Below are positions 53,130 through 64,000 of a DNA stretch of 64,000 nucleotides, one piece after another; within the stretch, counting starts at the first letter, position 1, and every line of letters starts with the position of its first letter. The notes beneath the pieces are model-generated. The model did not search any database. It was given only the letters and a program-made list of their open reading frames with translations, and had not been told where the DNA came from. The stretch lies in NCBI GenBank assembly GCA_951406725.2, contig OX597815.1, positions 73,098,001-73,162,000 on the forward strand, given 5' to 3'. The position numbers and the translations under genes were made by a program. The DNA comes from Octopus vulgaris (taxonomy: Eukaryota).

Positions 53130-53772
53130 CATACTTATATATATATATATATATATATATATGCATACTTATATATACATACACACATACATACACACTC
53201 ACGTACATAAATTGTTTGATGCTAATTATTAACGCGACTTCGTCCGTCTTTGGAGTTATGAAGTGGTGTTAACAAAGCCTTATTAATTGATAAGAACATC
53301 AAAGAAAAATGGGCGAAGAATTCTGATGGTCTATCTCCTGTAAACAGCGTCATTGATAGTGCTGTTGGCGAAATGGAAGACTTTGGCGTAAGGTCTCGCT
53401 GCTGAGAAGACACGGGTCGGGTTAAAATGTTCACGAAACAGTTAACGAACAAGATAAATTTCTCGATTCGCTATGCTAAGTACAACACGCAGATCAAATT
53501 GAGAAGCTAGGAAGGAGAATGCCTCAAAGCTATCAAAGCCAACTGGATATTTATGATGAGAGAGAATAAACCTATCGATTGAGTTGTTCGAGATACACGT
53601 AAGATGGCCTCACACACACACAATTACAGACACACACACACGTAAACATACACGCACGCGCACACACATACATTCACACACATGCACACACATATAGGCA
53701 CATATACGCACACGCGCACTCACATATATAAAACTATATATACATATATGCATACTCGCACGCACACATATT

Positions 53773-53813
<41 letters not shown>

Positions 53814-54084
53814 CATAAATTCATACACATATATGTATGTATATATACGTACATACATACATACATACATACATAGACAAGCACACTCAGAGCATAAGCA
53901 TCAATATGTACATATTATATTAGTGAAGATGGATACACGTATACACACACTCACACACATATATATATATATATATACATACATTTATATACATATGCAC
54001 ACATAGACACACACACGCGCACACGCACACACATGTTAGTATAATGCAGACTATACACACATATGTATATATGGTTACAAATGA

Positions 54085-54150
<66 letters not shown>

Positions 54151-54496
54151 ATGTATGTATATATGTATGTATAATATATGTGTGTGAGTGTGTGTTTGTG
54201 TTTGTGTGTACACAGATGTAAACGGATATACATAATTACCAGTCAGTATAAAACCATACACATTATGTACATAATGAGGACTGCGCTAGTGGGTGCATAC
54301 ATATATATAAAGGTACATATACGGGCATACATACATTCATACATGCAGGCATTTTTTGCATACAGGCATGCATAAATACATACACAAACGTGCATAAATA
54401 CCCTGCCACACACACACATACTTATCTAAGTACATACGTAGAAATAGATGTATAAATACATACGAATGTAATACGCATATATATATACAGACATAC

Positions 54497-54561
<65 letters not shown>

Positions 54562-55195
54562 GACAGGCAGACAGACAGTGAGTGAGACATAAAACATACA
54601 CACACACATACACACGCACACATGTACATATATATACCTAGTCTTACACAGTAATAAATGTAATATCTATACGCACTTAAGTACGTACATAAGTACATAC
54701 ATTCATACATGCAGGCATTTTTTGCATACAGGCATACATACACAAATGCGCATAAACACCACCCCCCTCACACACACACACATACTTATTTTAGTACATA
54801 CGTAGAAATAGAAGTATAAATGCTTACGAATATACATACATACATACATACATACATACATACATACATACATACATACATACATACATGCATATGCATA
54901 CATATATACAGATATACACAAAGACACAAACAGACCTTCATCCGTACGCAACTACATGCACACAAATCCATCATACACACAAAAACGCAAGCATACACAC
55001 AAACACACACATACACATATGCAAATGCAGACGCACATACACACATGTACATACATGTATGTATGTATGTATGTATGTATGTATGTATGTATGTATGTAT
55101 GTATGTACGTATGTATGCATGTATGCATGCATGCATGCATGCATGTATGTATGTATGTATGTATGTATGTATGTATGTATGTATGTATGTATTCA
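52670..55195. repeat. Extended degenerate (TA)/(CA)/(TACA)n field including a local duplication (54330-54500 vs 54698-54830)
   Basis: Directly visible; 'catacattcatacatgcaggcattttttgcatacaggcat' occurs twice. Confidence 0.9.
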
Positions 55196-55619
55196 TGACC
55201 GACTTTTTTCTGGTCTCGTCTATTAGATCCACTCACAAGATTTTTGTCGGCCCGGTGCTATAGAAGTCACTTGGCCAATGTGTCATGCAGTGGGACTGAA
55301 CCCGGAACAATAAGGTTCAGAAGCAGACTTCTCATCACACAGTCATGCCTCTGTGTGAATTATCTTAGGAGTGGTTGAGATCTTAGAGGTGGCTCTTAAC
55401 AGTCTCGTAACTATTTCTCAAGTTTCAGAAATCTGATATACTATAACTAATTCCAAAACTACATACACACTCGCGTACATATTCATTACTTAGCTGTGTT
55501 GTTGTTGTTGTTGCTACTGTTATTGTTTAGTCCCAAGTTAGCTCTCTTCAAGGACATCTATGATAAAAAGGCATTTCGACCGTGACAGTCCTGTCTTTAT
55601 TGTTTTTTTTTTCTTAATT

Positions 55620-55763
55620 AGGCGCAGGCGTGACTGTGTGGTAAGAAGCTTGCTTACCAACCACATGGTTCTGGGTTCAGTTTCATTGTGTGACTCTTTG
55701 GACAAGTGTCTTCTACTATAACCTTGTGAGTGGATTTAGTAGACGGAAACTGAAAGAAGCCCG

Positions 55764-55804
<41 letters not shown>

Positions 55805-56000
55805 TTTGTTTGTTCCCCACCACCCGGTGTTGGTGTGTTTACGTCCTCGTAATTTAGTGGTTCGGTAAAAGGAACCGATAGAATTAGTACCAGGCTTAAA
55901 AAAAAAAAGTACTGGGGTCGATTAGTTCGACTAAAAATTGTACATGGTGGTGTCCCAGCATGGCCACAGTCTAATGACTAAAACATGTAAAAATAAAAGG
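55620..56000 (+). mobile_element. SINE family A, full-length
   Basis: 'aggcgcaggcgtgactgtgtggtaagaagcttgc...gtctaatgactaaaacatgtaaaa'. Confidence 0.9.
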
Positions 56001-56334
56001 AAAGTGTATCTACAATAACATAATCCAAAAGATAACATTGAAAAGGTGCTCATGTGTGTTTTGAGGGAAATTTGGCTGCTGTTTCTAGTAAATCGATTGA
56101 CCACATACAGGTTTCTTTGTTGGATCGTTATAGATGCGTAATTTATACAAACTTTGTTCTGAAGAAAACACCCATATTGTTCGATGAGTGTTCTTTTCGG
56201 TCGTGTTCTGGTGATATTCTTGGAGTAGGCTAGTGATTAAACCCGGAACCTTTCTTTAACTATTATTATCTGCTAATCTAAAGACTAGCCAACTGTCATG
56301 GAGAATGAGTAAATTTTGACAGTTTTAAATATTC

Positions 56335-57055
56335 TTTTCTACTCTAGGTACAAGGCTCGAAAATTTTTTGGGGGAGGGGGCAGTCGATTACATCGACCCC
56401 AGTTCGCAACTGGTACTTACTTTATTGATCCCGAAAGGATGAAAGGCAAAGTCGACCTCGGCGGAATTTGAACTCAGAACGTAAAGACAGACAAAATACC
56501 TATTTCTTTACAACCCACAAGAGGACAAACAGAGAGGACAAACAAGGACAGACAAAGGGTTTAAGTCGATTATATCGATCCCAGTGCGTAACTAGTACTT
56601 ATTTAATCGATCCCGAAAGGATGAAAGGCAAAGTCAACCTCGGCGGAATCTGAACTCAGAACGTAAAGACAGACGAAATACTGCTAAGCAGTTCGCCCGG
56701 TGTGCTGACGTTTCTGCCAGCTCACTGCCTTGACAGTTTTAAATATTAAAGTCTTAAAAGGCAGTGGAGCTGGCAGAATCGTTAACACAATGGACAACAT
56801 ACTTAACGATATTTCTTCTAGCTCATTACGTTCTGAGTTCAAATTCCGCCAAGGTCAGTTTTAACTTTCGTAGTCGGTGAAAAATCGTATCGATGAAAAA
56901 CCTGGATCGATATAAGTATTTCTGGCTCTCTGAGTTCAAATTCCGCTGAGGTCAATTTTATCTTTCGTAGTTGATTAAAAAAACGTATCGGTCAAAAATT
57001 TGGCTAAATATAATCCTCCAAAAATTGCTGGTCTTGTGCCAAAATTTGAAACCAA
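56335..57055. mobile_element. Cluster of SINE family B copies: two on - (56335-56730), then rearranged + copies (56760-57055)
   Basis: 'gatcccgaaaggatgaaaggcaaagtc.acctcggcggaat.tgaactcagaacgtaaagacagac' occurs twice; 'ctgagttcaaattccgc' occurs twice on +. Confidence 0.85.
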
Positions 57056-57084
57056 TATTAAAACTTTAATGAGATTTAAGCATT

Positions 57085-57995
57085 TTCCACCTGAAGATGG
57101 TTAGAGAGAATTCCGATTGAAATGTTGCGTCAGCCTCTTGGATGAGGAATGCCTAAAACGAGAAAAATATTCAGAAAACACACTTCAACCATCAGGGACC
57201 ACACGATGAATTATTTAGATATATAAATAGCGAAACCTTCTTTCTTATTCCCACTGTATTGTGACAGTTTGAAGTTCAAAACTGAAAAATCTTTTTTTAT
57301 TTATTTTTTCTTCATTCTTCTACAGAAAAAACTTCTGGAATTATCTTTCATCAGCAAAAGTTTTATTTAAGACATAGCAAAAAAGGATGTAGTAGACTAA
57401 AAGGAACATGATATTTAAATAAACGTTATCGACCACAGATACTTAACGTTATATGCTTTGTGTATTTACTTGTAGGCTGCGACTTGGCGTGGTGAACAAT
57501 AGTCTCTGAAAGCGCTGGGTGTTAAAACACGCCAAATCGTAGCCTACCGGAAAATACACAACACATATACGATATATGAGATCGATAATGCTTTTTTAGA
57601 CTAGTACTGCTTCTAATTCATACTTGATGATAATAAAAATATAAAATATAAGAAAAAAGCGTTTGACTCCTGAAGTCGGCAGGAGAGAATACCGATCGAA
57701 ATATATCGGCATCTAAGGAACGACTAAAACGAGAAAAAAAAATCGTAAAGCACACTTCAATTATTAGTAACCAACCGGAACAGCACACTGGAAAATTATT
57801 CAAATATAAAATGGGGTAAGCTTCTTTTTTTATTCCCATTGTATTACGAGACTTCAAAGTTCAAAACTGAAAAGTCTTTTTATTTATTATTTTTGTCTTC
57901 CTTCTACATGGAAACGTCTTGAATTATCGTTCGTCAGCAAAGGTTTTATTTAAAAACAAAAATAGGATATGCAAGATTAAAGAGAGCATAATATT
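57085..57995 (+). repeat. Diverged direct duplication (~57085-57420 vs ~57665-57995)
   Basis: Shared 'ctaaaacgagaaaaa', 'cacacttcaa', 'aagttcaaaactgaaaa.tcttttt', 'tcagcaaa.gttttatttaa'. Confidence 0.8.
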
Positions 57996-58315
57996 TTTCT
58001 TGAATAAAAATAATGTTTATCTTTATTTTTCGTGGCCGAATCATAAAACATGTTGATTTAGGTGAAAGAAAAAACGAGAACAAATTAAAATGTAACAAAA
58101 ATAAAATAATAAAATAAAGCTTTCACGCAAATATTTAAGGAGTATTTTGGTATTTCAGCTGTGCCGTCTGTTGCTAAATTCACTGGGAAGAGTAAGGAAT
58201 GAATTTTACTTCAAACTTCAAGAAGTCTTTGACGAAATTTACACATGCTACTTCCGGGACATCATTTCCACCATGGATAGAACCGTGGTCGTTCAATCGT
58301 ATATGTGTGTGTGTA

Positions 58316-58352
<37 letters not shown>

Positions 58353-58956
58353 ATGTGTGTGTATGTATGTATGTATGTAGGCATGTATGTATGTATGTAT
58401 GTATGTATGTATGTATGTATGTGTATGTATGCATGTGTGTGCATGTCTGTAGGTATGTGTGTATGTATACGCGTATGTTTGTATGTATGTATGTATGTAT
58501 GTATGTATGTATGTATGTATGTATGTGTGTGTGTGTGTGCATGTGTGTGTGTGTGTGCATGTGTGTGTGTGTGTGTGTGTATAAATCTATATTTGTATGC
58601 GTACGTAATATATATCGTTGCTATTATGCAAAAGTGTCGTAAGTCCAAAACGTTGCTTTTTCAGAAAAAGAAAAAAAATAGTTTCACCATTCCATAGCAA
58701 AACTGTTGTACATCACTTTGACAATTTTTGATATCTTGGCATTTGAAGCAGCTGGAGATATGATAGCTTGACCACAAGAACCGGCTATTACACGCAAAAA
58801 AAAAAAAAAATTGAATAAAATGCATTTAGCCAAATTTGGACATACTACAGTTTAACATAATAGCAACAGTGCACACACGCGCGCGCGCACACACACACAC
58901 ACACACACATATTTATGTAATACATACATACATACATACAGACAGACAGACAGACA

Positions 58957-58996
<40 letters not shown>

Positions 58997-59101
58997 AATA
59001 TATATAAATTAAATTAGAGATAAAACCACTATTAGGCAAATCAAACAGTGAAAAACATAAACCAAAACATAAAAAATAAAAATAATTTTATATAATATAC
59101 A

Positions 59102-59185
<84 letters not shown>

Positions 59186-59197
59186 ATATACATATAC

Positions 59198-59260
<63 letters not shown>

Positions 59261-59353
59261 TATACATATACATATATATATATACATACATACATATATA
59301 TATATACATATATATATATATACATACATATATATACATATATATACATATAC

Positions 59354-59410
<57 letters not shown>

Positions 59411-59682
59411 AACTTACTTGGAAAAGGATGCGTGGCGTTCGATCATATAATAATATAAATAATATATATAAATATATGCATATATACATACATATATGTA
59501 CATAACCTACATATATATGTATATATACATGCATATATGGATACAGCGCGGAGTAGATGAAACAGGGACAACTGAAGAAGGGGAATATTCTTTATGTTGC
59601 ATGTCTCGTTTCTATGTTTGTGTTTATGTTTTCGTTTCTCATTGTGTTCTACGTTTTTTTGATGTCCTGTACCCATATATGC

Positions 59683-59725
<43 letters not shown>

Positions 59726-59797
59726 TATATAGGTATGTACATATATGTATGTATATATGCATATATTTATATATTATTTATATTATATATATATATA

Positions 59798-59889
59798 TCC
59801 GAATGTAGTCTCGAGTTATCGTGCTATGGATTGTCAGTTCGAATCCCGTTTACAGACAGAACATTTTGTTTTAAACACACACACATACA

Positions 59890-59984
<95 letters not shown>

Positions 59985-60040
59985 TCGAACTGACAATCCA
60001 TAGCACGATAACTCGAGACTACATATCGCCAGCTCATTCG
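59798..60040. repeat. Perfect ~42-bp inverted repeat (59803-59844 / 59983-60024) around a (TA)n-containing spacer
   Basis: atgtagtctcgagttatcgtgctatggattgtcagttcgaat / attcgaactgacaatccatagcacgataactcgagactacat. Confidence 0.9.
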
Positions 60041-60424
60041 GATTATCGTGCAACTATAAGATTATCATACAACCATAGGATTATTGTGCCTTCTACACAT
60101 TACAATTGGACACTTATATCACTGGCAATACACGCTCTTCGTTGAAACGATGTCAGGACCACCTTTCAGCAGTCTTAAAAATACTGTTTGTATTGAGAAT
60201 TTTTTCTTCCAATCTAATCGCGAAAGTGGTTATTCGTTGCTATTTAGCCGTTGGCCTGAAGAGAGACCATAAAGTTATGAAGTTACTTTATCGAAAACTG
60301 AAACCTTCCCAGACGTAAGTATATGTCATCTAAGTACATGAGGTTTGTCAGAGATCTTGTCTTCTCCGAGAAGTCATAGGGTTCACTCCATATGAAAAAA
60401 GATGTCAAGAATTCTTTAACTTTT

Positions 60425-60670
60425 ATCTTTTACTTGTTTGAGTCTGAGACTGCGGCTAAGCTGGGGCATCTCTTTGAAGAACTTTTTAGTCGAATGAATC
60501 GACCAGAGTCCTTTTTTGTAAAGCTTGGTATCTGTTCTAATGGCTGTTTTGCCTAATCGCTAACTCACGGGGACGTAAACATATCAACACCGGTTGTCAA
60601 GTGGTGGTGGAGAACAAATGCAGACATAAAGATACAAATACAAGCACGCACACACACACACACACACACA

Positions 60671-60764
<94 letters not shown>

Positions 60765-60788
60765 CATACATATACACACATACATACA

Positions 60789-60822
<34 letters not shown>

Positions 60823-60985
60823 CAAACTTACATATAAGACAAGCTTCTTTTAGTTTGTTTACCAAATCCACTCACGAGACTTTGATCGACTCTAGACTAT
60901 TGTAGAAGAAACCCTCCCAAGGTGACACGCAGTGGTGCTGAACCGGAATCGTGTGGCTAGGAAGGAATCTTTTTACCACACACCC
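60425..60985 (-). mobile_element. SINE family A with an expanded internal microsatellite
   Basis: 3' blocks at 60425-60640; 5' blocks at 60835-60985. Confidence 0.85.
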
Positions 60986-61396
60986 ATACCTAACACCTAT
61001 TTATAAATTTTTTTATTACTTATTGAGTCTAGGGGAACGGACAGTGCCTGCTATCTCTGCAGGTTTAAGAGCTCTTAACATGTTGTAAAAAAAAATATAT
61101 ATAAAAAAGGCTTGGAACACATTTACGTACCAAAGCCAAACATGAAAATATTCAAACAATTGCAAAAAAAAAAAAAAAAAATGAGAAAAGCTCAAGCAGC
61201 TGCCGCAGGAGCATTACTTCAGTTTATTAAAAAAAACAGTGAAATTTCACAACGGTATATAGACGCTCGTTTCATTTTTACTTCAACAACATAACTTCTA
61301 AACAAGTCTTCACTACAAGTATCATCTACAAGTCTTTTATCTATTGTTTATTATTCAATGAACATGCAATCCTCCTGCAATTAACAATTCCATTCA

Positions 61397-62182
61397 GGGA
61401 TCTTTTCGATTTGAACGGCAGTTTTTAACATAATTTCTAGGTAACTAAAAAATGTTAAACTTCGTATACTGGTAGAATGTGTTTATAAAACATCATTTTC
61501 TCTTGGCTTTATTGAGAAAATTCTGTAGTTAGTAACATATTTCGTCTTTAATTTCTTGCATTTCGGCAATTTTAACCAATCACTGGCGTCTATTGAGTTA
61601 AAAAGCATTCTGTGCCGTATGAATATGTCCCTCGTTTAAGAAACACATTGGGTTTATTTACAGGTGAAGAAAAAAAGATACCCTTCCCCCACCCCTAACC
61701 CTAACTAACCCTAAATCTAAAACAGATTGAAATGCAATAGATCGATACTAGGGTCATAATTATGGGTAACAGTTTCATATGACACCGCTAGCGGTGTCAT
61801 TTGAAATTATCACCCATAATTATGACCCTAGAATCGATCTATTACATTTCAATCTATTTTAGATTTAGGGTTAGTTAAGGTTAGGGGTGGGGGAAGGGTA
61901 TCTTTTTTTCTTCACATGTAAATAAACCCAATGTGTTTCTTAAACGAGGGACATATTCATACGGCACAGAATGCTTTTTAACTCAATAGACGCCAGTGAT
62001 TGGTTAAAATTGCCGAAATGCAAGAAATTAAAGACGAAATATGTTACTAACTACAGAATTTTCTCAATAAAGCCAAGAGAAAATGATATTTTATAAACAC
62101 ATTCTACCAGTATACGAAGTTTTAAATGTTTTAGTTACCTAGAAATTATGTTAAAAACTGCCGTTTAAACCGAAAAGATCCC
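61397..62182. mobile_element. 786-bp foldback element: two 393-bp inverted arms with no spacer and internal TTAGGG-like repeats
   Basis: Ends gggatcttttcg / cgaaaagatccc; centre gacaccgcT|Agcggtgtc at 61789/61790; flanks cattca / cattga. Confidence 0.92.
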
Positions 62183-62508
62183 CATTGAGTCTTACAATTC
62201 AAACGAAATACGTTTGTTTCTAAGGTATCTAGTAGTAATAATAACTTATATTTGTGTATGTGTGTGTGTGTGTGTGTGTGTGAGTGTGTCTGTGCTTGCG
62301 CGCGCTTGTGTGTCTGTGTGTTTGCACGTATACATGCATATGTATACGCATATGTATATGTATGCATGTATATACGTGCACATATTTATGTACGTACACA
62401 CACATGCATTTATGAATGTACATATGTATGCATGTTTGTGTGTATATACATATATAGGTATATGAATTTGTGTGCATATATATATATATGTATATACCTA
62501 TATAAGTT

Positions 62509-62559
<51 letters not shown>

Positions 62560-62676
62560 GTGTAAGTATATATATGTATATATGTGTATATATGTGATAG
62601 ATAGATAGATAGATAGATAGAAGTATATATATATCCTATACATGAGTATGTATGCATATGTATATATCGTGTATAG

Positions 62677-62748
<72 letters not shown>

Positions 62749-63059
62749 ATATGCATACATATATGTATATAAATAAATACATAAATATACACACACACAC
62801 ATACACGTATATATATATATATATATACATGATTAACTAAACCTAATCACTCGACGCACTCAGCAAACCAGAGAGCGGAACTCTGTACATTTTAAAAGAT
62901 ATTTCCTATTTATTTATGTGAAAGAAAAGTAAAAATATTCCAACACTAAACAAAATAATAACGGAACAAAATATAAACAAACAAAAAAAACACATTTTGC
63001 ACAATGAATTATGTAAACAACAATGAGGGCAAGCACTGAAATACATGTAAGACATAAAA

Positions 63060-63969
63060 GGAGCTGGCGGCGGCGGCGGCGGAGGTGGTGGTGGTGGTGG
63101 TGGTGGTGGTGGTGGTGGTGGTATTTGAGGTGGCGGTTGCGGTGGAGGTGTTGATGGCAGTGGTGGTCGTCATGGTCGTGGTAGTGGTAGTTGTGGTGGT
63201 GGCGGTGGCGGTGGTGGTGGTTAAGGTGATGGCGGCGGCAGTGGTGGTGGTGGTTGAAGTGGTGGCGGTTGAAGTGGCGGTGGTATTGATAATAGAGGTG
63301 ATGGCGATGGTGGTGGTTGTGGTAGTTGTTGTTTCGGTGGTGGTCGTCGTCGTGGTAGTGGCTGTGGAAGTTGTGGTGGTGGTTAAGGTGGTGGTGGCGG
63401 CGGTGGGCGATGGTGGTGGTGGTGGAGGTGGCGGTGGTGTTGATAATAGTGGTGATGGTGGTATGGTGGTGGTGGTGTGTCATGTAGTTGTGGTGGTGGT
63501 GGTAGTGGTGGTATTTGAGGTGGCGGTTGCGGTGGAGATGGTGATGGCAGTGGTGGTCGTCGTGGTCGTGGTAGATGTGGTGGTGGCGGCGGTAGTGGTG
63601 GTTAAGGTAGCGGCGGCGGCGGCGGTGGTGATGGTTGAGGTGGTGGTGGTGGTGGTGATAATAGTAGTGATGGTGGTAGAGGCAGCGGCAGCGGTGCGAA
63701 CGGTGAACTGTAATAATAGTGGTAGTGGTGATTATGGTGGTGCTGGTAGTAGTGTGGTCGACGGTGGTAATAAATGCTTGATGGTGGTGGTGGTGTTGGT
63801 GGTGGTTGTGTCGGTGGTAGTAGTGGTGGTCGTCGTCTGCGACGGCGGCGTGCATAGCATCACTATTAATATTCAGCAATAATATGCTTTCTGATTTTAT
63901 TTGTTTAAAATTCTTTACGGTGGGGGACATTGAAATCATTATTTTAGGTCTACAAATCATCATTATCAC

Positions 63970-64000
<31 letters not shown>
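63060..64000. repeat. Degenerate (GGT)n block with an internal duplication, ending in (CAT)n
   Basis: 'ggtatttgaggtggcggttgcggtggag' at 63120 and 63510; it accounts for the His-rich and Val-rich ORFs. Confidence 0.9.

Noticed and set aside
52670-55236. Numerous YI/HT/VC/MYVC-repeat ORFs
   Set aside because: Pure microsatellite translation artefacts.
62914-63999. 361-aa His-rich ORF and antisense 265-aa Val-rich ORF
   Set aside because: Degenerate (GGT)n/(CAC)n array open on both strands; no evidence of coding constraint.

Overview
Repeat-saturated, AT-rich eukaryotic genomic DNA. It most likely comes from an invertebrate; the SINE families and microsatellite load resemble octopus DNA as I recall it, which is inference and not a database result. 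I could not identify any host protein-coding gene with confidence. Nearly all ORFs in the track are translations of di-, tri- or tetranucleotide microsatellites. The recognisable content is mobile DNA: (i) a young, 5'-truncated Penelope-like element (RT plus C-terminal GIY-YIG) with a ~1.45-kb inverted copy of its 3' end (33.3-37.2 kb); (ii) about 1 kb downstream, a non-coding 362-bp tandem-repeat element in head-to-head arrangement whose monomer carries a well-formed type I hammerhead ribozyme with a U3:A8 core variant, i.e. a candidate retrozyme (38.1-39.4 kb); (iii) several more small hammerhead-bearing Penelope-type remnants; (iv) five Dong/R4-type RLE LINE fragments, three L1/Tx1 fragments, a Gypsy integrase remnant, Tc1/mariner remnants and hAT MITEs; (v) three tRNA-derived SINE families in many copies; (vi) a 786-bp loop-less foldback element with telomere-like repeats. 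The best lead is the ribozyme-bearing, Penelope-dependent retroelement system. Coordinates were read by eye, so element ends may be off by a few to tens of bases.
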